A stretch of 64,000 bases of DNA. It comes from a virus. Made by a program: the position numbers and the translations under genes. Positions within the stretch are counted from its first letter, which is position 1. Each line of letters starts with the position of its first letter. Shown here one piece after another: positions 36,563 to 46,727 of the stretch. The stretch covers positions 37,245 through 101,244 of IMG/VR virus record IMGVR_UViG_3300020442_000013. The stretch is one strand, 5' to 3'. Below the pieces are notes generated by a model. It searched no databases. It worked only from the letters and a program-made list of their open reading frames with translations, and was not told the DNA's origin.

Positions 36563-37831
36563 TTATGTTCCTGTTACTTGGGCGTTAAGTGCTGCTCTAT
36601 CTGCTGATCCTTGATTGTCAAAATTAGCGTTTGCTTCATTCACTCCGCCAGCATTTCCATTTGCTTGAAAATTAGATCTATTTTGTTGTCTTGCCGCTGA
36701 TTCTGCCGCGGCTGGATTTTGACTTGCCTGAGAGCCACTTATAGCTGAAGATAATGAACTTAATCCTACTACTGCGGCAGTTGCTCCTAGTAAATCAGCT
36801 GCACCTCCAGAACTTCCTTTAGGAAAAACTGTTTGAGATACACCACTTACATTTGTACCGCCTGCGGCTCCTATTGCGCCAGTTAGTAAACCAAATCCTT
36901 CTGCACGTAAACCATCTGCACTTAAATTTCTTGCATTTGCAATCAAACCTGCAGCAGCTAATCCTGCCTGTAAAGGACTATTAAAGCCTGTGCCTTGTGT
37001 AATAAAACCAAATAGTTGCGATGCTGTGCCTAGTATTCCTCCTAAGCCTTTACCACTTAGCATACTTGGTGTATTATCATAATGTTCTGGTGTGCCAAAA
37101 CCTTTTGGATTTCCGTTTGTACCAGTTTCAACATTGCCTCTATCATAGAACACAGATTCATATGCAACTGTAATGGTATTAGCCATTGTAGTTGTACCAT
37201 CTGCAGAATCAACAGTATCATGTTGCCAGTCTGTAATAATTGGATTTACTAAAGTGTAGGTTGTATAGGCTTTCCTAGCCATTTGTGAAATTTGTATATT
37301 TTGAAAAAACGGTACAGTTTGATTATTATCTAAACCATAGGAATGTGTATTTGCTCCAGGTCCTTTGTATGTGTTATCACCTGCACCTGCTTTGTTGAAT
37401 GCTCCTGGAATTTCTTTATAATTTCCATCTGCAAAATAGTATCTATAATATGCTTCTAATAAAGCTGTAGTTACACCATAGTTATCGTCGTGAAATGTAA
37501 TAGTAACTGGATTATATTTTATTGCAGTTTGTACATTCTTTTTTCTATTGTATTTGTTTTTAGTTTCAACATCTGCACTGAATCTAGGAAGGTCAGCACT
37601 TTTTACAAGCATACCTATTTCTAATTCATGTTTTTGTTTTAGATCAGGTAGAATACTTGCTGCGACCGGATCCATCTGGAAGAAACAATGATATAAAAAT
37701 TTTTGGTGTGGTGCTAACTTTTGATTTTCAGTTACAAATAATCTGCTGGCGTGAGCGTAATCTCCTAAATTTCCTTTAGGGCTTAATACACCATCTGCTA
37801 GTTGTCCTAAAAAACCGTTGAATACTGACAT
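36563..37831 (-). CDS. Tail-tube-like baseplate/tube initiator protein (gp48/gp54-like)
   Basis: VKSADLP.F......N.YNRK, YNPVTITFHDD, TLVNP.I tube-fold motifs; G/A-rich tail; late box at 37853-37860. Confidence 0.6.
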   Translation of the reverse strand: MSVFNGFLGQLADGVLSPKGNLGDYAHASRLFVTENQKLAPHQKFLYHCFFQMDPVAASILPDLKQKHELEIGMLVKSADLPRFSADVETKNKYNRKKNVQTAIKYNPVTITFHDDNYGVTTALLEAYYRYYFADGNYKEIPGAFNKAGAGDNTYKGPGANTHSYGLDNNQTVPFFQNIQISQMARKAYTTYTLVNPIITDWQHDTVDSADGTTTMANTITVAYESVFYDRGNVETGTNGNPKGFGTPEHYDNTPSMLSGKGLGGILGTASQLFGFITQGTGFNSPLQAGLAAAGLIANARNLSADGLRAEGFGLLTGAIGAAGGTNVSGVSQTVFPKGSSGGAADLLGATAAVVGLSSLSSAISGSQASQNPAAAESAARQQNRSNFQANGNAGGVNEANANFDNQGSADRAALNAQVTGT

Positions 37832-37868
37832 TAATAGAGTCTCCTATAGCAGTATTTATCTACAATAA

Positions 37869-38063
37869 TTAAGTGGGTAGATTAAAATCTAGATGTTTAA
37901 AAGGTATAGGCTTACCATTATTGTCTACAACTATTTCACCATCTATAGCACCAACCATTAATGATCCATTAGAGTGATATAGTTTACATGGTTTTATTTC
38001 AACACCATCTTTATATCTTTTCCAATTTGGTGTAAGCTGACCTTTACGTTTTTTGAACGCCAT
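37869..38063 (-). CDS. Small hypothetical protein
   Basis: 64 aa, AAGGA SD, CTAAATA at 38084-38090. Confidence 0.5.
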   Translation of the reverse strand: MAFKKRKGQLTPNWKRYKDGVEIKPCKLYHSNGSLMVGAIDGEIVVDNNGKPIPFKHLDFNLPT

Positions 38064-38092
38064 TATTAAATCCTTTTTGATGGTATTTAGTC

Positions 38093-38121
38093 AAAAAAAA
38101 AGGAGCCGAAGCTCCTTTTTT
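38093..38121 (-). terminator. Rho-independent terminator after the tail tube gene (cUUCGg; T runs on both strands)
   Basis: AAAAAAGGAGC-TTCG-GCTCCTTTTTTTTT. Confidence 0.9.
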
Positions 38122-38141
38122 AATATATTTTATTTTAAATT

Positions 38142-38768
38142 TTAAACGCCGCCGCCTGTAATAAGCGTATTCACTGTTCTTCCAACTGCTGTACCTAATC
38201 CAGTACCTTGTGGTGTTTGGATAGCGTTGTCATATTGGATTTCTAATGTAACTCTCATTGGTTCGTTGTTAGCATATGCAAGTTCGTTATAGTTTGCATT
38301 TGTTACAAAACAACCATACAATTCAAAAGTTTCTAGCGTAGTTGGTGTGTTTGCACCATTACCACCATCTAAAATTTCAATCGTAGTTGAAAATTTATAG
38401 TCTTGTCCTGATGCTGCACTTGACTGTTCGAAAAAGTCAAATTGTTTCTGTAACTGTTCACCTACTAATTTCTGTACGTTGTTGTTAACATCTTCACGTA
38501 AGTTTATAGTAATTGGTGACCAAGTATGTTTACCTGCTAGATATGCTTTAGAGTTGTAAACTGGAATTTCAATTGGTTCAAAAGCAACTGTTGGTCTTGT
38601 TACATCCACTACTTGTTTTGTTAATTCTGTAGTTGGTGTAGTTACACCAAAATTTTGCAAAGACACCCTAAATCGATATTGCAGTTTCGGCATTAACAAG
38701 CCCTGATTGCTTGCGGAATCTCCACTAGCTAACGGGACTGTAATTTTTGATAGTGTTGAAATAGACAT
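38142..38768 (-). CDS. gp19: Tail tube protein
   Basis: YRFRV, RPTV.F, AGK.TW.PI.I, DYK, L.GCF, L.Y; follows the sheath gene; late box at 38792-38799. Confidence 0.85.
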   Translation of the reverse strand: MSISTLSKITVPLASGDSASNQGLLMPKLQYRFRVSLQNFGVTTPTTELTKQVVDVTRPTVAFEPIEIPVYNSKAYLAGKHTWSPITINLREDVNNNVQKLVGEQLQKQFDFFEQSSAASGQDYKFSTTIEILDGGNGANTPTTLETFELYGCFVTNANYNELAYANNEPMRVTLEIQYDNAIQTPQGTGLGTAVGRTVNTLITGGGV

Positions 38769-38802
38769 TTAGTTTGCTCCTATATTAATTGTATTTATCA
38801 TA

Positions 38803-41800
38803 TTAGAGTCCTGCAATTTCACCAGTATTTTTAAGTCTTAGCGGAATATAAATAAATTCTACTGCTTTTACTGGTTCTATAGCTATATCTAAGTATAGTT
38901 CGTTACGGTCAATCCTACTAGGTGTATTGTTGGACTCATCACAAACAACTAAGAAGTCATACAATGCTCTTTGTCCTACTAATTCTAATAGTAAGCTCTC
39001 TGCTGCTCCTTTGATCTCATCTCTAGTAATCTTATCATTAGGTTCAAAGATATAAGGCTTAGCAAGTTTCTGTAATTGGCTACGTAAGTAAATAACCAAA
39101 CGTGCTACGTTGATTCTATCTAATGCACTTGTACCTCTTGCACGAGTCTTTTGTCCGTATGCTACTAATCCTGCTCCTGTAATAAAAGTAATTGGATTAA
39201 CATTTTGAGCATATAGTGTATCTCTTTGACCTTCGTTCAAAGACACTACATTAAACTCGCCTTCGGCATCAACATAACCTGTTGATGTTGCATTTGTAAT
39301 ACCACCTCTTCTAATACCTGCTGGTGCAAACCAAGGAAAACTTACTTGATCGCTTAGTGCAATAGTTCTTAGCATCATGTGACTTGGTGGAACAACAATG
39401 TTGTTACCTGCGTTGTCACTTGAAAATCCTGCTGGATAAAACACACCTAAGTACTCATCTCTTGACACAAGACCGTCGTCGTTATCTTCTGGTGCTAACG
39501 CTTGGTTAGTTGCCCAGTTATTTAAATCAGTTGCATTAGGTTTCAATGTGAACGGTGAATCACCAACGATAAATGCACTTAATCCTCTATCATAGTTTAA
39601 GCTAATCATTTCACCAATTAATTCTGGATAACCTGGAGTTGCCATTAAGTTAAACAATCTAGATTCATCATCTCTAATGTCTTCATTGCTGTTTACTAAT
39701 GACTGTAATGCTTGTACAACAACTTTACGCTGTGCTTTAGCACCAAAGCTACCTGAACCGTCTGCTTGGTTTCCTGACTCTGTTACCCAACGATGTGGAT
39801 AATAATTTTCCATTGCTTCATCATTAAATCTTAAATTGTCAGCATTTACATTTACCCAATTACGCTCAAAACGTTTTACGTTAAATCCGCTTCTACGTAG
39901 ATTGTAAAGTAACATTCCTTTTGGATACAACGCTGGATCTGGAGCATCTGTATCTAAGAAGTTACTTGTAAGTAAGTCTGTGATATCACTTGCTGTTGAT
40001 AAAGAACCTGCTGTAGCATAACGAGCGTCTGCAAATAAAACTCCATTTTCTGTAGTTTGATCTGCACTATCACGTAATTCCCATCTATTTGCTATTGGTG
40101 TATTTAATTTATTTGCATTAAACACATAAATTTGCGGATAGCTAGAAAGTGTAGCTGTGCTCACCCAAATATCACCATGTTTTAAGGCTGTGCCATCACT
40201 CTGTAATGTTGGTGTAGATGCACTTACAATTGGCCCTGCTGGATCTGTTTGTTCTGCTTCAGATGCTTGAAAGTATGGACTTGTTGAGTCTAAGTAACCT
40301 ACCCAAGTAGTACCATTGTGAATCATAATATCTACTTCATCAACAATTGAACTGTACCATAAAGTTTTTGCTTCTGTTAAAGCAGTTACTTCATTTGGAC
40401 TTGCAGTATAAGCTAACGGTTTCCATTGACTTGCTTGAAGCTGTTTTGGATTTGTAGTTCCGTCTGTGCCTGGTACATAATAAAGATTAGGTGTACCACT
40501 TGTTGAACTAACATATGCAGTAAAGCCTGCTTCTGTTAATACACCGCTTGTATCTACAAAACGTATATCACCAAATTGTGAATGTGATATAGTAATCCTG
40601 TTTTGACTATCAACGTCTGCTGTTACATTTTCAATATTTGCACTTGTAATTGCAGCCGCAATAGTATCTGCATCTTCAGTTGTTCCGTTTGTAACTACAG
40701 AAACTGTAATTGGTGTACTAAACGAAGGTTGTCCAGCATCAGTTGAAGCTACTGTAAATGTTCTTGTACCTGCTCCTATAGTAGACGCTAAAATTTTGCT
40801 AGATCTTACAGCAGTTACAGCCGCAGCTTCTCTTTTATAAATTTTATATGAACCTAAAGGTTGTGCATCTCCTGCACAGTTAGTTTGTACATACAAAGCA
40901 CCTGCTGCTAAATTTGCTCCGCCGCCTGCTAAATCAAGTTTGTAAAGAGCTTCTTCATTGCTTGAATATAATGGAGCTTCTACTGTGTCCCATAAAAGTG
41001 TTGCACTATTGAAAGATTTAACTCTAAATCTTGCTCCTGCATTTGCTTCTGTTGTTTTAAACCAAATACTTCCTGTTGGACGAGTGTATGTATCAGAAGT
41101 TTTAAATTCTGGTACTGAAGTGTGTGGTGAAATTTGTAATGCTGGTGGATAATAAGTTCCAGCACTAATACCTAACAATGTTAGTGTACCACTATCTCCA
41201 GCAATAACAACTGGACCTCCAGTTGTTGAATCTGCCGCTCCAGATGAATTACCATCACTGTAAATTTCTAGTTTGCTGTTTACAGCCGCTGCAAGTACTC
41301 CTGGAATATTTAATCCGTTTATAGTTGCCGCAATAGTTGTTACTGTATCAACTGAACCAACTGAAACTGACACGCCATTAACTGTAATTGTATTGCTACC
41401 TACAAATGATGGATTTGATTTTGAACCTTGAACAGTAGGCCAACTCTTCATCCAATCTTCGCTTCCCAACTGGACCCAAGTACCAGGTGTTACACCAGGG
41501 GCATTACCTGCTGTTTTATACCACATAGTATTGAGTGTTGTAATAGCTACAACGGCATAGTCACCTATAGTTCCAAAAGATGTTTTTGGAGCTCCTGGTG
41601 ATTCTTGTGTACCTGTAACAAATGTTACATCTGTAATTACGCTTGGAATTCTATTTGTAAAACTTTGTCCGCCTGTTACTGTAACTGCGGCTCCGTTCCA
41701 TTCTTGGAGACCAAAAGTTGTTACTGAAGTATCAAACCAATAAGTTCCATTTGCTGGATAAGCTGCTGGTGCAGTCGCTTTTGGTTTTAATTGATTAGTA

Positions 41801-42144
41801 TCTACATCTGCTCTTGTTACAAAAGCCGCATTACTAATTCCTAAATATGAATATGCAGCCTGAAGTCCGTATTCGTTCAGCTCTCCTGCATGTACTGCGT
41901 TGTTGCTTGCGTCTGTTTCAAATACCGGATCACCAAATGTATCTGCTAAATCTCTCTGAGATGTTAACAAGAAAGGTTTTCCTGCATTTGCTTTAGTTGT
42001 TCCTGTTGCTGTTCCCGTACCCGCCGCGTTCTTTTTATCTTGAGCACTCACAACAAATATCATAGGTGTTGTGCCTGGCTCTGCCGGAGTATAAAAACTC
42101 TCGTCGATGACGCTTACTTGTACGCCTGGTGAAGTTAATGCCAT
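38803..42144 (-). CDS. gp18: Contractile tail sheath protein with a large insertion domain
   Basis: SPGVQVSVIDES, PWFAPAG.RRG, RDTLY..NVNPI, YGQKT, ALDRINVARL, IFEPND..TR, VVCDESNNTP..IDRNEL, P.KAVEFI. Confidence 0.95.
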   Translation of the reverse strand: MALTSPGVQVSVIDESFYTPAEPGTTPMIFVVSAQDKKNAAGTGTATGTTKANAGKPFLLTSQRDLADTFGDPVFETDASNNAVHAGELNEYGLQAAYSYLGISNAAFVTRADVDTNQLKPKATAPAAYPANGTYWFDTSVTTFGLQEWNGAAVTVTGGQSFTNRIPSVITDVTFVTGTQESPGAPKTSFGTIGDYAVVAITTLNTMWYKTAGNAPGVTPGTWVQLGSEDWMKSWPTVQGSKSNPSFVGSNTITVNGVSVSVGSVDTVTTIAATINGLNIPGVLAAAVNSKLEIYSDGNSSGAADSTTGGPVVIAGDSGTLTLLGISAGTYYPPALQISPHTSVPEFKTSDTYTRPTGSIWFKTTEANAGARFRVKSFNSATLLWDTVEAPLYSSNEEALYKLDLAGGGANLAAGALYVQTNCAGDAQPLGSYKIYKREAAAVTAVRSSKILASTIGAGTRTFTVASTDAGQPSFSTPITVSVVTNGTTEDADTIAAAITSANIENVTADVDSQNRITISHSQFGDIRFVDTSGVLTEAGFTAYVSSTSGTPNLYYVPGTDGTTNPKQLQASQWKPLAYTASPNEVTALTEAKTLWYSSIVDEVDIMIHNGTTWVGYLDSTSPYFQASEAEQTDPAGPIVSASTPTLQSDGTALKHGDIWVSTATLSSYPQIYVFNANKLNTPIANRWELRDSADQTTENGVLFADARYATAGSLSTASDITDLLTSNFLDTDAPDPALYPKGMLLYNLRRSGFNVKRFERNWVNVNADNLRFNDEAMENYYPHRWVTESGNQADGSGSFGAKAQRKVVVQALQSLVNSNEDIRDDESRLFNLMATPGYPELIGEMISLNYDRGLSAFIVGDSPFTLKPNATDLNNWATNQALAPEDNDDGLVSRDEYLGVFYPAGFSSDNAGNNIVVPPSHMMLRTIALSDQVSFPWFAPAGIRRGGITNATSTGYVDAEGEFNVVSLNEGQRDTLYAQNVNPITFITGAGLVAYGQKTRARGTSALDRINVARLVIYLRSQLQKLAKPYIFEPNDKITRDEIKGAAESLLLELVGQRALYDFLVVCDESNNTPSRIDRNELYLDIAIEPVKAVEFIYIPLRLKNTGEIAGL

Positions 42145-42180
42145 TTCTTTGTCTCCTGTTGGAATAAGTTATTCTACATG

Positions 42181-42188
42181 TATTTATA
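42181..42188 (-). promoter_or_regulatory. T4-type late promoter TATAAATA for the sheath gene
   Basis: Exact match, about 36 nt upstream of ATG, with AGGAG SD. Confidence 0.75.
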
Positions 42189-42255
42189 AGATTTATTTCA
42201 AAAACGCCTTAAAGATGCCCAAATAAAGGGGCGATAAAGGGGAGCTAAATACAAT

Positions 42256-42594
42256 ATGAGACCTTTATGTGTGTGCGGATTGCGGCCTGCGGCTATAAAC
42301 TATAAAAAAAACAACAAAATTTTTTATAGGAGAAAATGTGAGCTATGCTGTAAACATGGAGGCACAGGACATGGTATTCCAAAATGGAAACGTGCAGGTT
42401 ATGAGAAAAAATCACATTGTGAAAAGTGTGGCTATAAAAGCAAACACAAAGAGCAGTTCAATGTCTTCCATATTGATGGTTCCTTAGATAATTGTAGATT
42501 TAATAATTTAAAAACTATTTGTGCTAACTGTCAACGTATTATGCAGAAGCAAGGTGTTCGGTGGAAACAAGGTGATCTTGTACCTGACTTTTAA
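42256..42594 (+). CDS. Zn-binding HNH-like protein
   Basis: CxC, CxxC, CEKCG...VFHIDG...N....NL.TICANC; GCTAAATA 4 nt before ATG. Confidence 0.65.
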   Translation: MRPLCVCGLRPAAINYKKNNKIFYRRKCELCCKHGGTGHGIPKWKRAGYEKKSHCEKCGYKSKHKEQFNVFHIDGSLDNCRFNNLKTICANCQRIMQKQGVRWKQGDLVPDF

Positions 42595-43150
42595 GCGACT
42601 CTATAGTACTATTATTTTCAAGAATACACGTAAACTTTGTATTTGCCCATGCCCATTCACTAGGATGAACGTCTTTAGGTTCTACACCTAATGATTGATA
42701 TTCACTGAACCAATCTGGATCTTGCCCACGTTTTACACGCCACACTTGTCCATTTATGCCGTATATCATTTTTGCTTCATTAGGAAATCTTACATCTGGT
42801 ATAACAAAATTTTTATCAGGATTATCTAATATTTTCTTTTTAGTCAAACTTACCCAAATACCGTCATAAAATCCGTCACGCATACATTCTGTACCAAATA
42901 ATTGTAAAACATATCTAGGTGTTATTTCTTCGCCTGTCTCATTAGTCCAGTATTTGTCAATTGATTCACGCCATTGCCTGCTTTCATTTGTTTTGCCGTC
43001 TAGTAATTCACGGTCCCAATCAAACATTGTTGCTACGCTATCTTTCAGCTTATCTGCAAAACTTAATTTTATGTAGTTGTGTTCTTTTATTAGATATTCA
43101 GCTATTGTATCTTTGCCACTACCTATTAATCCACAAATTCCAATAATCAT
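42539..43150 (-). CDS. gp1: Deoxynucleoside monophosphate kinase (T4 gp1-like)
   Basis: IIGICGLIGSGKDT, SFAD.LK, TPR.VLQ.FGTE, IPDVRFPNE, HPSE. Confidence 0.92.
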   Translation of the reverse strand: MIIGICGLIGSGKDTIAEYLIKEHNYIKLSFADKLKDSVATMFDWDRELLDGKTNESRQWRESIDKYWTNETGEEITPRYVLQLFGTECMRDGFYDGIWVSLTKKKILDNPDKNFVIPDVRFPNEAKMIYGINGQVWRVKRGQDPDWFSEYQSLGVEPKDVHPSEWAWANTKFTCILENNSTIESLKSQVQDHLVSTEHLASA

Positions 43151-43171
43151 ATAGATCTCCTAAGTATCTAT

Positions 43172-43200
43172 AGTATACTGGATATTTTTCAGAATGTCAA
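43172..43200 (-). promoter_or_regulatory. Sigma70-type promoter (TTGACA-17-TATACT) for the dNMP kinase
   Basis: ttgaca ttctgaaaaatatccag tatact, then AGGAG SD. Confidence 0.75.
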
Positions 43201-43207
43201 GTGTTTT

Positions 43208-43966
43208 TTAACCAATTAAGAAACTATAGCCTACACCACCAGGAACTTGTGTTGCTATATCAGCTTCTAATTTTTCCATTTCAGCTTGTGCTTCTTGTTT
43301 TAATGTATCACCATTAAGCTGGCTTCCGCCTTGTGGTCCTGCAATAGTAGCAAACTTGCTTCTAGCCTCACCTAGCATAAATTTACATGTTGCAAGTGTG
43401 TAATCTTTGAGCCATTGGTTAGCTAGATAATCTGTTATTAGTTCGCTGTTTGGTCTATAATTATAGCATAAAAGAAGTAGGTCTTCTTCAGCTCTAGGTC
43501 TTTGTAAAAGTGTTAATTTTTTGTTTGCTGTGTTCCATTTAAATTCAATAAATGAACCAAACATACGTCCTACTATTTCTTGGTATCCAGAAAATAATTC
43601 ATATGATGCTAGACCGCCCATATTACTACTTGCTAAAAGATATGTATTTGTATATGCTAGGTTAAAAGGTTCAAATAAAGATCCTCCGTCTCCCCCGCCT
43701 GTTCTAGAACCTATTGAACGTCTATGTATTTTTCTGACTTCGACAATTTCATTAGGTAAAACATATTCGTTTTGATCAATAATAGTAGGTAAAAACACAT
43801 AGGATTCTTCTACAGAATTATCAGATCTTTGTCTAAATTTGCTAAATGCTTTATCTAATGCTGTTTGATAATGTATAGGATCAAGCTCTACATCAATCAT
43901 TCCTCCACCCAGCATTGTATGCACATAATCAAATATTTCTTGTTTCTGAGTTTGTAGATCTGCCAT
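43208..43966 (-). CDS. gp13: Neck protein (T4 gp13-like)
   Basis: LGG.MIDVEL, WLKDY.LA..K..LG..RSKF..I.GP.GG..LNG; start MADLQ at 43966. Confidence 0.85.
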   Translation of the reverse strand: MADLQTQKQEIFDYVHTMLGGGMIDVELDPIHYQTALDKAFSKFRQRSDNSVEESYVFLPTIIDQNEYVLPNEIVEVRKIHRRSIGSRTGGGDGGSLFEPFNLAYTNTYLLASSNMGGLASYELFSGYQEIVGRMFGSFIEFKWNTANKKLTLLQRPRAEEDLLLLCYNYRPNSELITDYLANQWLKDYTLATCKFMLGEARSKFATIAGPQGGSQLNGDTLKQEAQAEMEKLEADIATQVPGGVGYSFLIG

Positions 43967-43990
43967 TAATATTCTCCGAATTGTCCTCAT

Positions 43991-44013
43991 AGTATTTATC
44001 GTCGATAAATACT
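43991..44013. promoter_or_regulatory. Palindromic back-to-back late promoters driving gp13 (-) and gp14 (+)
   Basis: AGTATTTATCG-T-CGATAAATACT, perfect 11-bp inverted repeat with GATAAATA on each strand. Confidence 0.8.
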
Positions 44014-44016
44014 TGT

Positions 44017-45177
44017 ATGCCGAGACTTAGTTTATATAAACCAGAACGTGGTAATGATTTTGAATTTTTAGACAAGCAAATACTTGAAATGTTCACTGTT
44101 GGTGGTACTGATATGTTTGTTCACAAGTATCTAGGTCCTAAAAATGCTGATGAAGATACTGCTACAGCAGATCAACCTAAATATGATGCTGTAAAACATA
44201 CTAATATACAGGACTTATTATTCCTAGAAAATAGAGATAGGAAATATGATAAGGATGTATACACAATGCGAGGTATCTACAACGTACAAGATGTAGACTT
44301 TGATCTAAGCCAGTTTGGACTATTTTTACAAAATGATACCCTTATGTTAACAATACACATAAGAAGTAGTGTTAAAACATTAGGTCGTAAAATTATGCCA
44401 GGCGATGTTATAGAATTACCGCATTTACGAGATGAATACGCACAAAATGATCTAGCAGTTGCGTTAAAAAGATTTTATGTAGTTGAAGATGTAAATCGTG
44501 CAAGTGAAGGATTTACTCAAACATGGTATCCACATTTGTATAGATTAAAACTTAAACAAATTTACGACAGTCAAGAATATAAAGATATATTAGATTTACC
44601 AGCAGAAGAAGATGCACCTGGAGGTAGCACATTAAGAGATCTACTATCTACCTATGAAAAAGAGATGCAAATTAATAATGCTGTAGTAAAACAAGCGGAA
44701 GCAGATGCGGCAAAAAGCGGTTACAATACAAGTCATTTGTTTACATTACAAACGGACGATAAAGGTGAAACAGAACTAGTTACTGTTGATTCTAGTGATA
44801 TAGATGTTTCAGATGGCATTAGTGTTGATAAAATTATGGTTCCGCCGGATAAAAACGGATACCAAGGATATTTATTAGGCGATGGTTTACCACCTAATGG
44901 AGAAGTATTTGGTCACGGAATTAGTTTTCCTGTTGAACCATCAACTCATGATTACTTTCTAAGAACAGACTTTTTACCAAACAGATTGTTTAAGTATGAT
45001 GGTAATCGTTGGGTAAAACTAGAAGATGGAGTTAGGATGACACTTTCACAAACAGATGATAAGAAAACACTTAAAGGTGGCTTTGTTAACAATACTAAAA
45101 CAGACAACATTGGTGGCGAAACTGTTCAAGAAAGACAAAGTCTTTCTAAAGCTCTTAAAGCGAAGCCAGATAATTAA
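44017..45177 (+). CDS. gp14: Neck/head-closure protein (T4 gp14-like)
   Basis: LSQFGL, GRK..PGDVIELP, FYVVEDV; position between gp13 and gp15. Confidence 0.7.
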   Translation: MPRLSLYKPERGNDFEFLDKQILEMFTVGGTDMFVHKYLGPKNADEDTATADQPKYDAVKHTNIQDLLFLENRDRKYDKDVYTMRGIYNVQDVDFDLSQFGLFLQNDTLMLTIHIRSSVKTLGRKIMPGDVIELPHLRDEYAQNDLAVALKRFYVVEDVNRASEGFTQTWYPHLYRLKLKQIYDSQEYKDILDLPAEEDAPGGSTLRDLLSTYEKEMQINNAVVKQAEADAAKSGYNTSHLFTLQTDDKGETELVTVDSSDIDVSDGISVDKIMVPPDKNGYQGYLLGDGLPPNGEVFGHGISFPVEPSTHDYFLRTDFLPNRLFKYDGNRWVKLEDGVRMTLSQTDDKKTLKGGFVNNTKTDNIGGETVQERQSLSKALKAKPDN

Positions 45178-45187
45178 GGTATAACAA

Positions 45188-46714
45188 ATGCAACATTTTT
45201 ATGACGGACAAATAAGAAGATACTTAACTCAGATGATTAGACTTATGAGTAATTTTTCTTATGAGGACGGTGATAAAAAATTAACACAGATACCTGTTAT
45301 GTACGGTGATATTACTAGGCAAGTTGGTAGTATTATACGTGAAAATTCTGAAAACAAAATACCTAGTGCTCCTAGAATGGGAGTGTATGTCACTGGTTTA
45401 GAAATGGATACAGCAAGACTAGCTGATGCAAGTTTTATCAGTAAGGTCAACGTGCGAGAAAGAGCATATGATGCACAAGGGCAAGAATATCTTAACGAGT
45501 CTGGAAAAAATTATACTGTAGAAAGGCTTATGCCGACACCATACAACCTTTCTGTAAATTGTGATATCTGGTCAACAAACACAGATCAAAAATTACAAAT
45601 ACTCGAACAAATACTAATGTTATTCAATCCAAGTTTTGAAATTCAAACCACGGACAACTACATTGATTGGACTAGTCTTAGTGTAGTAAATTTAGAAGGT
45701 ATTACGTTTAGTAGTAGATCAATACCAACAGGGACTGAATCTGAAATTGATGTTTGTACATTACAATTTCAAACACCAATATATATTTCACCACCAGTAA
45801 AAGTAAAAAGACTTGGAGTTATTACAAATATCATAACAAGTATATTTGACGAAACTGGTAACATTAATAATATCAATCCAGATAAAATATTTGATAGCTT
45901 CGGTAATCAAATACAAAGCGAGCTATCTTCAGACTTTGATAGTCAAGATCAAATTATGCCTGAATTAAACACAGATCATACAGAAGTACACGGCAGAGTA
46001 GGAGTATTACCTACTGGAGAAATAGAACATATTACACAGACTGGTAAAGTTAAAAGAGGTACTGCTGATGCTGTATATGGTATATCTCATCAAGGTCATG
46101 ATTTACTTGTGCTTAACAATACTTTACAATTAATTAACAAAGGCATTGTTGGAAACACGTTATGGACACATTATTTAAATGAGGTACCTGGTAATTTTAG
46201 AACAGGGCTTTCACAGATTAGATTAGCTAGAAAAGATCTTGCAAATGATATAGTAGGAACTTTTGCTATTGATCCTAACGATGAGACTAAAGCAGTTGTT
46301 AATTGGGACACTGATACTTTACCTAGCGATACTATTATTACAAGTGCGTTACAAGAAAAAGCAAAAATAGACTACATTCTAGATCCTACAAAAACAAATC
46401 CAACAAGTCTTAAAACAGCTGGAAACAGAATTTTACTTTTAGGTGCTATAGGTTCTACGTTAAACGTCGACGGTGCAGATGCATGGAAAAATGCAGATGG
46501 CACTGACTTCATTGCTAAAGAAAATGATATTTGTGAATGGGATGGAACTAAATGGGTTATAGTATTTGACGCCTCCAAAAAGACAAATCAATTAACAGAT
46601 GTTACATATGTAACCAATTTAAACACAGGTATTCAATATAAATGGGATACTTTTGAATGGGTTCTTTCATTTGAAGGCGAATATCCAGACGGCACCTGGC
46701 GTATCGTATTTTAA
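45188..46714 (+). CDS. gp15: Tail sheath stabiliser/terminator (T4 gp15-like) with a C-terminal extension
   Basis: HFYDGQIRRY, IPVMYG, PRMG, P.PYNL, DQ.LQILEQIL..FNP. Confidence 0.85.
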   Translation: MQHFYDGQIRRYLTQMIRLMSNFSYEDGDKKLTQIPVMYGDITRQVGSIIRENSENKIPSAPRMGVYVTGLEMDTARLADASFISKVNVRERAYDAQGQEYLNESGKNYTVERLMPTPYNLSVNCDIWSTNTDQKLQILEQILMLFNPSFEIQTTDNYIDWTSLSVVNLEGITFSSRSIPTGTESEIDVCTLQFQTPIYISPPVKVKRLGVITNIITSIFDETGNINNINPDKIFDSFGNQIQSELSSDFDSQDQIMPELNTDHTEVHGRVGVLPTGEIEHITQTGKVKRGTADAVYGISHQGHDLLVLNNTLQLINKGIVGNTLWTHYLNEVPGNFRTGLSQIRLARKDLANDIVGTFAIDPNDETKAVVNWDTDTLPSDTIITSALQEKAKIDYILDPTKTNPTSLKTAGNRILLLGAIGSTLNVDGADAWKNADGTDFIAKENDICEWDGTKWVIVFDASKKTNQLTDVTYVTNLNTGIQYKWDTFEWVLSFEGEYPDGTWRIVF

Positions 46715-46727
46715 GATAATTACTTAT

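Noticed and set aside
42223-42242. Direct repeat ATAAAGGGG x2 in the sheath/HNH intergenic region
   Set aside because: Only two short copies; cannot be distinguished from chance.
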